This document shows, piece after piece, positions 1 through 12,100 of a stretch of 64,000 nt of DNA. The position numbers and the translations under genes were made by a program. Every line of letters starts with the position of its first letter. Within the stretch, counting starts at the first letter, position 1. The notes beneath the pieces were generated by a model, which had not been told where the DNA came from, searched no databases, and saw only the letters and a list, made by a program, of their open reading frames with translations. The stretch comes from Eukaryota sp. GEM-RC1. Its lineage: Eukaryota. The stretch lies in NCBI GenBank assembly GCA_040285855.1, contig JAUFOQ010000005.1, forward strand, positions 1,302,001 through 1,366,000, read 5' to 3'.

Positions 1-109
1 TGTGCAAATTGACTGAGTATAGTTTGAGTATGTTCTGAATTTTTGATTTCATTTTGAGTAGGTGTGAAATATTGATTTGTGAAATGAGTATAAATGAATT
101 TTATCCTAT
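1..109. repeat. About 110-bp dispersed repeat; inverted copy at 1451-1560, partial copies at about 3090-3170, 34945-34990 and 55410-55472
   Basis: Shared core gaatttttgatttcattttgagt..tgtgaa..attgatttg.gaaatgagta. Confidence 0.75.
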
Positions 110-1114
110 TTATTATCATTGGATGACCCGAAATAGACTGTTTTTCTTCATGGTATGTCACTCCATTGAATATATAAATAATGCACTGTTTCAACAGTCC
201 GTGTTGAGTTCTTGGTGGGAAGTGAATCCCATCGTGAAACCATTACGGCTCACAGCAAGTTAGTTTCTGCAATAAATTCAATGCAAGACTGCAGCTGTCA
301 GAAAAATTGACTTCCACAATTTCCAGCTACAATGAATACCGAACACCTGCTAACAGCTTCAACAGTAGTTGGAGGAGATCAAAAGTCTTGCGACTGCTAA
401 TTTATGAAAGAATATGTTCCATTTGTTGTACTTTAATCTATTTTTTAGAACTTTAGAAGAACAATGGCTCTTTTACAGCTGTTAACAAAATTGTCTGTGG
501 TTGACATGGCTAGTTGATTACACAAAATCAATACACCAATTGTTCTTGGAAACAAAAAAAATCAAAAAATTGATTCTAGTGGTCATGTAGTAATTAAATG
601 AAACATCACATAGTCCTTAAAGCTTTTCTACTGTTATTCATTAGTGGTTTTGCTTTGGTCTGATGTATTTGGGTTATCAATAGGAAATTGAGGTGATGAA
701 CCAAATATTATCCAATTCAAATACCGAAAGGAATTGCATATAAATCACAACTCTTGTGGTTTGCAGGATGTAGAATGTTCAGATCATCCCGAACCACAAC
801 CAAGAGGAATACACAATCAAAAAGAGTCACTCTAGTATAGTAAATCAGTTCACCTTCCACAGAGAACCACAGCTATCCCTGGTGTTCATTAATTAGTTGC
901 TGATCTATATACAATAACAGTGATGTTGATCTCAAAACAGTGTTTTGCAGTACCTCTTTCGTTGGAGAAATGTAAAGTTTTATTGTATACAATTCAATGA
1001 ACATTCTTTTGATATCACAATGTGAATTGATGTAAAATCTGTGAAGTTAGTGGGATTCAACCAAAACTTTTGATCAAGAGTCATGTTTTACATGTATTTA
1101 CGAACAATAAAAAT

Positions 1115-1442
1115 CATAGTTGTACTTCACATCAATATTGCTCTGTTTTGTGATTTGCGATCACAAATCACATTCACAAAGTGTGATAACAATGATCACA
1201 ATAATCCAATTCGTGGGGTTCAGAATGACCAGTCTGCCACTCAGATATGACAAATAATTGACTTGTCTTGTTTATATTTCATTTATCTGACTAAAATCTG
1301 ACAAATATACAAAATAACAACCAAGGTTAGCGTCGACAATGGTTATCACAAATCACAATTGTGATCACAATAATCCGACCATTTTTACACTTTTGTGATC
1401 ATAGATCACACATCACAGTGTGATTTGTGATGTACAACTATG
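1115..1442. mobile_element. hAT-type MITE
   Basis: TIR CATAGTTGTAC(T/A)TCACA, 8-bp TSD ATAAAAAT (1107-1114, 1443-1450), many ATCACA subterminal repeats. Confidence 0.85.
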
Positions 1443-2067
1443 ATAAAAATCGGGGTAAAATTCATTTATACTCATTTCACAAATCATTATTTCACACATA
1501 CTCAAATTGAAATCAAAAATTCAAACCATACTCAATCTATACTCAGTCAATATCCACATAAAACTCTGCTTCTTCAATCTCGCTGTATTTCTTATAACCA
1601 CTGTTGTATCATCATGTATTACTTGGTCTGACATGACTTCATAGTATGTCGCTTCTTCGTACAGACACTACACATCCATGTCATCATCGATCCTTCCTTC
1701 TTGACCTCTAACTCTCAGTAACTCGTGACCCTTCTTCTGCTTTTCAATTGTAGGTTCTACCTGTTGCTCGAACTCACCACCACGGGACTTTGTTCTCCTG
1801 CCACTCTTTACAGGAACAACTGCTGTTGGACAAGTTAACGAAGCAACAACCTGAAAAGCTGCTGGTGCTCTTACATCACCTGAAGTTTTTTTTATTCAAA
1901 GTGGGTCATTTTCTTAGCTTTGTTGAATCTTTCATTCATTTTGGCCATCTGATAGATGTTCTACGAATTGTTTCCAATAAATTGATCGTCCTTCTATTTT
2001 ATAGATTTATTAACCCAGGTCAGCTTTAATCCAGGGGTAGAAGCGGACAGTTTCAATGTACACAAGT

Positions 2068-2935
2068 CAGGGCCTCCGGAAAAATATTTGTATTTAAATA
2101 TTTACAATAAATAATGATATTTTATTTATTTTTTCAAGTTGGGTTTCTCCATTATTTATTTTGTGAAAACAGAAAATATAAAATTATTTTTATATTTTTT
2201 TTTCTCTCACCGAACAACCTATGAAGGTGAAAACTGCAACATGTTGCAGTCCGTCACATTTGCAACTCAGTACGGTCTTTATCCTGTACTGAGACTAGAT
2301 ACAGAACTCATTGCAGTAGAGAAGCGTATACTTTCGAAACTGTTTTTGATTCGATTTTAAACTGTCTCTTTGAATTGAGCATGAATATGAGATGATGTAG
2401 TGGTCTTGGTAGCTCCGTTGTAAATATTGATGGTATCTTGTGTAAATACAAGGCGTTTTTCCTTTCTGGGCTTGACAAAGTTCATTCCTCTATCGAAGCA
2501 GAGCCGGACCAAATTGGTTTAAAAAGTTCTACTCATCGTAACACAAAACCGCTAATCCCGTGGCATTGATTGTATTCTTCCAACCCTGAAACTTTCCAAA
2601 TATGTCAAAATGTGTTTGCTGTTGTTCGGTAACTGTTGGAAAACATCGCTTTGGTTTGACCACATTCTCGTTGAATAGAACACTGTGTCTACATTAAAAT
2701 CATTCCTTCTTAACACTGAAACCTATCTGGGAAGTTATAAGAACACACAAAACCTGGAGAGGTACTAGTGTTCGTGTTAGATCACGTTTGTGACGTGTTG
2801 TATCATCCTTGTTTCCATTGAATAAATAATTTAAATAATTGCAATTATTTATTTTCTTCATCGGCAATAACTCATATTTATTTATTCAAGAAAAAGTTCG
2901 CCATATTTTATTTAAATATTTTTCCGTAGGCCCTG
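2068..2935. mobile_element. hAT-type non-autonomous element
   Basis: TIR CAGGGCCT(C/A)CGGAAAAATATTT, 8-bp TSD ACACAAGT (2060-2067, 2936-2943). Confidence 0.85.
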
Positions 2936-3192
2936 ACACAAGTCTTCTTGGCACTGTTCGTTGTAGCGCATCGATGTTGTTAAACAACTTCGTTCATACT
3001 TTAGTAAAGTCCTCATCTACAGTTTGTCTTAAGATATCTTTGGATGCTAAGGTAGCTTCTTGTATGGGAGTCATTATACTGTAAAACCGTCATGAATTTT
3101 TGATTTCATTTTGAGCATGTGTGAATTATTGATTTGGGAAATGAGTATATTTGACATTTATCCTAAAAATCGATTTCGAAATTCCTCTATCA

Positions 3193-4168
3193 ATGCCTTT
3201 AAAGAAAAGGCAACCACCATCTCCAGCAGATCACTGGTCCAAAATCCTGCAAATTCACACCATCCCTGAACGTACATCTGTACCCAACTCAAAGTTTACT
3301 TCTGCATACCATCACCAAGTTCGTTGTGATGTACAGCGATCAATGTGGAGTCTTCTAACCACGAAACCTTCTGTAAATAATAGGTTGTCTTCTGAAGAAA
3401 CACTCTCTAATTCTCGTAAGGATCTTGAGAATATAGTGTGCTCTTGTCTCTCATCTATCGATGATCTTCATTACTACCAGGGCTTCCATGAAATAGTTGA
3501 AACAGTGTACCGTTCAACTTTTGATGTTTCTCTCTCCATCCAGATAATGTCTCGTGTTGCTAGATGCCATCTTCGGCACTTTTTACTTCCCTGACTTTTC
3601 TCTTACCACTCAGTACCTCTCCCTCGTAAACCTTTTCCTCTGGAAACTAGATCCAACAGTTGCTCGTTATCTTGAAGACTCACAACACTCCCCTCCCTAC
3701 TTTGCTGTCTCCTGGGTACTCACGTGGTTCAGCCATTGCCTGGACTCCTTCTGCATCAAGAGGAAACTATTTGAGTTCTTCATTGAATCTTCCCCCCTAG
3801 CTCCAGCTGTTATTTCTGCTCTAGTCATTAGTAGGAAACGTACTGCTTTGCTGGCACAAGAACGTGACTTCTCTGTCTGTCATGCCGCTTTCTCTCAATT
3901 GGATGACGATATTCCATGGAATACACTAATACAGAAAGCTAAAGAAATACTTGACACTCAAATGCCGGATGAAGTTCTCTCTGATGCAAAGATGGATCCT
4001 CTATTGAAAAACTGCTTGCTGTCCTGGCCTTATAACTTTGCATCAGATTCAGACATTGCTAGGGGCAAGAAACGTCGTAGTAGAGCTGAGGAAACTGTGT
4101 TTTGGTCTACGATTGCATTTGGTCTAGTTACTGCAACAGCGACTGTTGTACTGCAGAACTTTTCTTAG
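3193..4168 (+). CDS. TBC1D20: Rab GTPase-activating protein, TBC1D20/Gyp8 family, C-terminal membrane anchor; split by a +1 frame break near 3580-3593
   Basis: TBC motifs QVRCDVQRS and YYQGFHEI in ORF 3151-3594; FAVSWVLTWFSH and a hydrophobic C-tail in ORF 3554-4168. The frames join as HLRHFLLP/DFSLTT with one extra base. ATG at 3193. Confidence 0.85.
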
Positions 4169-4899
4169 GAATTCTGATTTTGATTGACTTTCTCAGGAAT
4201 TCTAATTCTATTTAACTTTTCACGTTGATATTGGAAAATGTCGTTGAAATCTTAATTTTCGGTATCTATTTTTCAAACTATCTCGTTTTTTTGTGTGTTT
4301 GTTCTAATTTCGTTTTTCCTACAATATCGGCTTTCAATAAACAATTGTATTGTTGATCTGAAGTATTGGTTTCAAATCACTGTTATGCATTTTGTGGTCT
4401 ATTTTAAGCATAGCTGTCAGGCCATCTCATAAGATAATTTAAAATAATTTGAACATCCAAAATTGTCCAAAATAAATGTGAAATGAATATAATTAAAAGA
4501 AAACAAAACCCAAATAAAAACAAAATATTTGATTAGTACATCTAATCTGAGTCACTATCGATGAATGCACAATCCATTTGATCATCACTTTCTTGTCGAA
4601 ATAGGTTAGTTGACTTTCTGCTTCGTATAAGTGCTCTAACTGTGTCCTCATTCCATGGACATCTGTGGATTTTCAACATTAGAAATAAATTAAATTTATA
4701 TTTATTTATGAGGAGCCCTGAGTAACACTGAAGTACATGTAATTGAACCTTTGAAAATATAAAAGGACAACAATCCAAGTATTCTACACACTCCAAGAAC
4801 AAATACCCGATTGTTTTTCTTTGGTCTTCACAAATTCATCAATAAATGAGATTACTGAATCACTGGGACAAACAACACCAAACTGATCAATTCATGTTT

Positions 4900-6735
4900 G
4901 ATATTAATTCAACTAGAAGCGTTAAGCAAGGTGATCCTTTGGGTCCTTTTGTGTTGTCTCCCTCTACAAAAATTATTTAAAACCTTACAATTAGAATTTC
5001 CAACTGTTAAATTTGTGCTTACACTGATGATTCTTCGCTGATCGCTCCAGTTGACGTTCTCAAAAAGTGTTTTTCACGTTTCATTGAACTTTCCTTGAGT
5101 ATTGTTTTAACAATTAATTTTGATAAGTGTTTTCTTGTTGTTAAATCTTCGAATGTTTCTAATCTTGGTTTTTGTATTATTCCCATCATCGATTATTCTA
5201 CTCAATGTTTTTGTTTTCTTGGCACATTTTTGGGAAATTATGAGAAAATTCATTCAGAATTGGAGGATTCATTAACTACCATTGAAGAAAAACTAAATGT
5301 GATATTATCATTAGATGTGATTAAACATGTATCTTTTGCTATGCTCCAGGTCTATATTGCCGGGAAAATTAATCATATTTTACGTTCATTAGACTATACT
5401 CTTTTTGAAACATTTGCGAAGAAATTGAATTCTATTAGAACAAACTTTCTCTCTGACTTGGCTGAAATTGATGAGACTAAGATTCCATTTCATGCTTTTT
5501 ACTCATCTGAATTCGCAGGAGTGGGTTTCACCCATGCAAAAATCATTGGAAAATCTGCTCTTTTAGCGAGTGTTAAGAATTTTATGTTTGATTTTTTGAA
5601 ACGGTTTCCGTTGGATGGAATCAATCTGTTGACTTCCAGTAATTGCCGTTGGATTCAATCTGCTAAAGATTTGGTATCATCCTTGTCTCCTGAAATGTGG
5701 GAATCTTTGTTCCCTGCTCATTTGAAGGATACTCCTTTAAAAAATATTTCATCTCTACCATCTGCTGTATGTAAACTGCAAAATTATTTGACAAAGGAGT
5801 TTAAACTATTGGACTTTAATAATCGTATTAGCTTGGCTAAAACTAATAGTTCCGAGTTCGCTGCTTTTTTTAACTGACCTTTGTAATAGTGGACCTTCTG
5901 GATTTATTTCTCAAATTCCAAAGGAGTATGGATAACATCTATCCGATGAAGCTTGGATGATCAATATGCGTCTTCGTTTGACTATTTGGTCTGCAAATTT
6001 ATTAAACTATTCAACTTGCTCTTGTGGATCTGATGGTGGTTTTCGTCATTTAATTAATTGTCGTTATTTTATTCAACTAGTAATTCATGATGGTGTACGT
6101 GATTCTTGTTATTCCATGTTTAAAGCACATGGTTTTCACTCCAAAGTTGATCCAGTTTTGAAACACCGTTCAGAAAATGAATTTACTGATCAAAAACGAG
6201 GGGATCTCCATACTCCGTGGCTTAAATCGAGACCATCATTATTGTAATGGATTTTACTACAGTAGATGTTTGTAACAAAACTTGTGTTAGTAGGATGTTA
6301 GATTCTGTTTTCAATCCGTTAACAGCAGCTGAAATGCTCAAACACTTCAAGTATGACTCTCAAGTAGAAGAATCAAATAGAAACTCATATTCCAAATTTG
6401 TGTTTCAACCTTTTGCTGTTTCTCTTTTTGATCTGTTAGTCCTGCTGGTGATCAATTCTTCAAGGATTTAGAAGAACTGTGTAAAGAAAAGAAGCGTAAG
6501 TTTAGAATGGCTGAATGGAAAAACCGTTTAGTGTTTTCCATATATCGGAATATGCCCTATTTCTCTCGATTAATTGACAGATTGTACAAGTTTGGTGTGA
6601 AGGTTAGTGTTCAAAAACGTATTCTTTTGCCTGCTGGTGATGAAGTCGTTTGGATTTAATTTTAGTATTATTTGTTTGTTTTTACAATAACATATTTTTG
6701 CAGGAAGGTTACCTTATTGAGTGCCGAATAAAGTT
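4900..6735 (+). mobile_element. 5'-truncated, degenerate non-LTR retrotransposon with C-terminal restriction-like endonuclease (CRE/R2-like group)
   Basis: RT motifs VKQGDPLGP (4921) and YTDD (~5020), zinc knuckle CSCG..HLINC..HDGVRD, RLE motifs RGDL..DFTTVD..KY..FQPFAVS; multiple stops and frameshifts. Confidence 0.8.
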
Positions 6736-7316
6736 TTCATACAATATTGTTTAGCACAAACTTGAAAAGGTTCTTTATTTATGCAACACCGGTTTAAGCT
6801 ACTTTGTCAAGTGCGAAGTGGACCTTTACATGTATAAACAAGAATGGTTTATAAAAGATTGAACAAAATCCTCTACATGTAGCTGATCAATGTCTGAATT
6901 GAACCAATAAGAGAGACAATACGTATTTGAAAGAGAACAACCTTTTTGATTGTTATGGTCGATACTACTTGAACGAGAGAAGGGAGCGAACACAGGGAAC
7001 TGGAGAGAGAATCAACGTATTCATGCCCAATTATTGAATCGCCATAAGCAACGACCATCAAAAATATTCACAATGTCAACACAGAGTACAAGCACTCTAA
7101 TAGGGACAGAATGGTGTGTTGTTTTACAAAATGTCAACACAAGAAAATACAAGACTTGACGATAGCATTGACAGGAAATGTCAAGACTTCCTGATGTTTC
7201 CTAGTTGCTGATTACACCCTCAAACTGTAACTTACACGGATATCTCTTAGTATGTCTGTGCGAAAAGGAAGTCAGATCAAACAAAGAAGGTTGTTTTGAA
7301 CACATTTTTGTGATAC

Positions 7317-10300
7317 ATGTCTAAACTCCGTCAAGCAACTGCTATCGGCGATTCTACCTTCCACGAGAAGGCAGAGTCCTCCAACGCTGATCTCCGATCG
7401 ATCTTAGGGTATTGTACTCGATCATAATCTCATCTCAGATTCTATCCCGCTTATGGTGAGGGTAGAGTAGACGTCAAGGAACTCCACTGGCTCAAAGAGT
7501 ACGTTACTCTCAAGTTGAGTGCTTTTGGACACAAACCGTCTCGTGAAAATGAGCTCATGAAAGTGGCTTCCTCTTTGTTAACCCAATACTCTGCCAGGCT
7601 TTCTCTCTCAGGAGTTCCTCAGTTAAGTCCTCCTGACACCAGAGTTCAAACTTTCTTGCGAAGTCAACTCGATGATTCTTCAATCACGATTCCATCCTCA
7701 CTACACCTTGATCGTCATGGAATGGCTCGATTGTTGTCTTTCCCTCCTGACAAAGACGAGTACAAGAACTCACTTATTACTAGTTATCGAACTCTTCAAG
7801 GTGTTTTACACAACCCCGCCACCGCCGCCAGAACTACGAAAGGTACTGTTAATACCTAATAACTCTAACCACAGGAACATTCCATATTGCTGAAGGTAGC
7901 GAATCATTACCAATCCCAGGAGAGAAAATTTGTTGTCCCAACAATGTCTACAAAAACATTCTCAAAGCTGCTTTAAACGCTCCTGATGATCTCTTGGAAG
8001 TCCCTTATGATTCCAATGTCAAGACTTGGCTTTCTCTCTATCTGACTCCTGTTGTCGTGCCTGGCGTTCCTGGTGTCTCTAAAGCCAGAAGAATGGAAGT
8101 ACGCGTATTGATGCCTGGAGCTTCTGTAAGTACTCTAGATTTCTTGGAATCTGTTTTCGGTAATGCTGGTGATCCTTTTGTTGGTCAAAATGATCTTGGA
8201 ATCGACGAAACCTGGTCTGGACACACTGGAATGATCATTTGTGCTCCTCACATCAGAAAACTCCGTAAGAAAGACATTGGTCTCCCTCACTGGGATGAAG
8301 CCACTGAACGTCAACGTGAACATGGAATGTGTTGGAAAGATGAATCTGAACTCTACCACAATGGTGGTGCCTTCAACCTTTGGTTCAGAACTAAGGAAGG
8401 TATCGCTGTTACCATCATCACTGATAGTTACTTTGGTTACTACAAGAAGACTGTCAAGGCTTTCCTATCCTATGCCTCCAACCTTTGCTACTCTGAAGAA
8501 GAACATGCTGGTGGCTGTGTCGCTTACTCTTCCTACAACCTTGGTCGATCCTTCAACCTCAAGGATTCCCAAGCCAAACATTGGGATAATGGGGCTACTC
8601 TTAAGGACGTCACAGAGTTGATGGAGGATTGGGTAGTGATGTGTGACATGGGATTTGCTGTGGATAAGAGATTTCCTGATGTTTACTACGTCCATGAGGA
8701 TTCCTTCTTTAATGTTAATGACTTGTCCGTCACTTTCCCTGGAGATGATGGTAAACCTAGAAAGATCAAGCTTCTCCGTGGTAAGACTTATGTCCTACCT
8801 TGTGGTTACAGACTTTTCCTTGAAGCTGACCCTTGGAAGTTGGTTGGTCAAACCCCTGAAGGACTCTTTTGCCATAAACCTGCTTCAGTTTCTGGAAGTG
8901 GAAAGAGTGAAATTTCTAAGCCAATCACCAATCAAATCATTAAGAAACCTTTCTTTGTTGATGATTTAAAAGAAGACATTGCTCACGTTTACACAATCAC
9001 CACTCACGATTACAGTACACGTTTCAAAGACGGTGATCGCAGAGACCTTCGTTCTTTCCTCTCCCCCAAGAGAAGTCTCGGATCTTCTATTAAGTTACTT
9101 ACCCCCAATGAGGACTTTTGTCCTAGCTACAATACCTGGCTTGAGAACATTCCTACTCATGTTCGTGCTCTAGCTTTTCTGGTTAAACAGATTGCTAAAG
9201 AAGGTGAAGATTGGCAGAGCAGACTTGGAATTCAAATCATTAACGGAACTCCCGGTCATGAACTCATGCTTGATGGAGCTCACGTGATTGCTAATTATCT
9301 ACGTGTTGGATTCGAGCCCAATGGCGAATGGAAGTTGTTCAGAATGCGAGCTGATTTCTCTCCCAGTGGAAAGATTGCCATGGAGGATGATATCAGCACC
9401 AGTGTTGTTGTTCCAATTGCTTCCCTTGACAAGAACTTGCTCTCAGACGATATCCAAAAGTTTATTGACTTAACCAATGCTACTGGTCTCAAAATGGCCA
9501 CTAACTGCGAGTATCGGTTCTTCCAACGACCTGATGATGCTAAGATCCCTGGTGCAGATAAGGAAGCTGAACGTGATATAGCTCAAGAAGAGATCCTTCG
9601 TGATTTTGTGAGTGCCCCCACTGACCAATCAAAACCTAAACATCGTTCTGAGGGAATCTCTGGAGTTTCTCCTTCTGCTTTGTTGTTTGCTTGTAACTTT
9701 GAACCCCAGGATAGCAAGGATGCTCTTGAACTCGTAGAGGACTGTGTCACTTTTGATAAGTTTACTGAACCAATGAAACGTACCATTTCCACTGCTGTTA
9801 ATCTTTCTGCTACTAAGAAGTGGGTTTGCTCTTCTAAAGCAAGACTAGTAGATGTTGGTGGGGAAATGAAACCTACGCCTAACCCCAGGTATCTCCAAAC
9901 AAGACCTGATCTAGTTTCTAGAAAGGGTCGTTACCTCTGTGAGGTTTCCGCTAGACTTGCTCGTAAGGTGGCTTTATCTATTGCTATCCATATTCCTGTG
10001 GGAGCTGTTATTATGGGAAGAAGATGTAACAGTAGTGGGGGAAAGGTACGCTCAATGAGTTGTTTCAACCCCTTAGGCTATCTTGAATTACCTGAAGCTT
10101 TCCTTGACTTGATGTCCTGTTTGACTGGAAAGTCACCCTCTACTTATGGAGCTGGAGTGGAATGGGCTTTAACAGTGTGTTTAATATTTTAAATTTCTAA
10201 CCATAGAAGGGTCCTTTTAATGCTCTTTTGCCTGCAGCTGATTTGAACAATGCTTTCGTTTCTACAATCTTGTCTGCTACTGATCTCTTCTTCAGTTCAG

Positions 10301-11025
10301 CGGGAGTTTGTGGAGAAAATGCAAGAATCGATCATGATATTACCTTTTTGATTCCAGAAATCTTCTGTCGAATGACTACTGAAGAACGTACGGCCAATTA
10401 TCTTGTCAAGAATGGATTTATGGAGAAACTTGAAGATTTCGAGTTTGAAGGTCAAAAGATATTCGCCTCTCGATTGGGATACAGAATTAACCGCAAGTTT
10501 TCCAATTCTTTCCTTGGTAGAATCTTTGACAGTCCTCACAAAGTCTTCACTAATGAAATGTTGAAGCCTGAAACACAAGACAAGTCCGCCTTCATTGATT
10601 CGATCAGAAACATTTGTGAAGCTCAACAACGTGTTTGTATTAGTTACTGTAATGACGGAACTGTTGATTCTTTAGTTCCCCCCTTGGCTTATTTGTGTAG
10701 AATAGTAGCAGCAGGAGGTGAGTACGAAGGAATGACTCTGCAAACACCAGAGTTTAGAGAAATGTTTAAGAGAGATTATGTGTTGAATTCTGATTGGTAC
10801 AAGGATCGTTTACGTAATCAGTTGAATGTGGAAAAGAATCTTGTTGATAAGAAGATTGGAAATGTCAAGCTTTATGTTGATATGTGCAATGAACATGTTG
10901 TAAGGGAGTTGGACCTTGATGAGCGTTTGAATACGTTTGAAGGACAGCGAGCTCAGTTGGAGCAGATTTTAGATCCAGTTGCAACTTACTATGGATTTAT
11001 CGGAGTTGATGGATGTTGTCAGTAA
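7317..11025 (+). CDS. Pyrophosphate-dependent phosphoenolpyruvate carboxykinase (PPi-PEPCK), 1204 aa after splicing; introns 7409-7438, 7843-7874, 10175-10206
   Basis: Motifs GVLHNP..RTTKGTFHIAEG, EEEHAGG, HKPASVSGSGKSEISK, NCEYRFFQRPDDA and TGKSPST..ALTKGPFN. Removing three GT-AG introns (30, 32, 32 nt) gives one continuous frame and restores the motifs across the junctions. Confidence 0.9.
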
Positions 11026-11147
11026 ATAGCTTTAATGTGTGAATACAATTTGTTTATGTGTGAATCTGGTTTTTTAGGTTTCTTGAGCTGACATTTACCA
11101 TAAAGTGATGATCATTTGACAGTTCTTCTCGAATCATATCATATGAT

Positions 11148-11800
11148 CAGGGCCTGGCAACAATTTATTGGTATTGGCAATAGTTTTTAGTGATTGCAAC
11201 CCGTTTTCCAATAATTTTCCGATACCATTAAAAATAATAGAACGGGGTTTATGATCAGCCAGTAGAATAAATGCATTTGCAGAAGTTAATAACGAACAGA
11301 CACTAACTAAAGTATCTAAACTATGATCCTTCTGTCCATAATATCTGTCTATAATATACCATTATATTGCCATTAGTTCTTTGTTGTAAAATGTGCCTAC
11401 TTCTTGAAGATTAATTGTTCAGAATTCTTCAAGGTGTACCTTTTGAAACTTGACTTGACTAAAAAGTGACTTAAACAGCAACATCCTTTGAAACAGTTTG
11501 TGCTTCATTCAATTCACCCATGGGCAAACATGAATGAGCCAGATGCTATTACTGAACGTTTCTTTCGTGAATGAAGGTGCTTCTGTTGTAGTATGTAGTC
11601 GCATTGAACCGTGTGATCAGTGTGAGTCAATAACTTCAACTATTTAGTCAAATTTGGTCTGTACTTATGACACTTTGATATGTGTTTTATTCTGATTTTA
11701 TTGGACCAATTTATTGCAATATATTGCACCAATACCAATTATTGATTGGGGGCTGAAATTTCGTAGCAATACTATTGCAATATATTGTTGCCAGTCCCTG
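11148..11800. mobile_element. Non-autonomous TIR element with 9-bp TSD
   Basis: TIR CAGGG(C/A)CTGGCAACAAT, TSD TCATATGAT (11139-11147, 11801-11809). Confidence 0.85.
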
Positions 11801-11859
11801 TCATATGATGGCTTAATTGGTGCAACACAATACGTACTTTTGCGTCTCAAAATATAACA

Positions 11860-11932
11860 TCCTCCGTAGCTCAGGTGGAAGAGTGTGAGGCTCATAACCT
11901 TAAGGTCCCTGGATCGAGACCAGGCGGAGGTA
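11860..11932 (+). tRNA. tRNA-Met(CAT), initiator-like
   Basis: Cloverleaf: acceptor (T)CCTCCG/CGGAGG(T), D arm GCTC/GAGT, anticodon stem TGAGG/CCTTA with CAT at 11893-11895, T arm CCTGG/CCAGG with loop ATCGAGA (A54 as in eukaryotic initiators), followed by a T5 tract at 11934-11938. Confidence 0.9.
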
Positions 11933-12100
11933 ATTTTTGGACTGCAGGTAGTATTTTCCTTTATTATAGTAAACATTACAGTAATTGTCTGACGTTGAAG
12001 TCAGATGGAAAACTTACCGGAACACTGTCATTTTGTACTGATGTGTTGCTATCTAACAAATAGTCGAATCCAAAAATAATTCCTCAAAGAAATCCGGTCA

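Noticed and set aside
7843..10206. Frame changes in PEPCK as frameshifts
   Set aside because: Fully explained by 32-nt consensus introns that restore conserved motifs.
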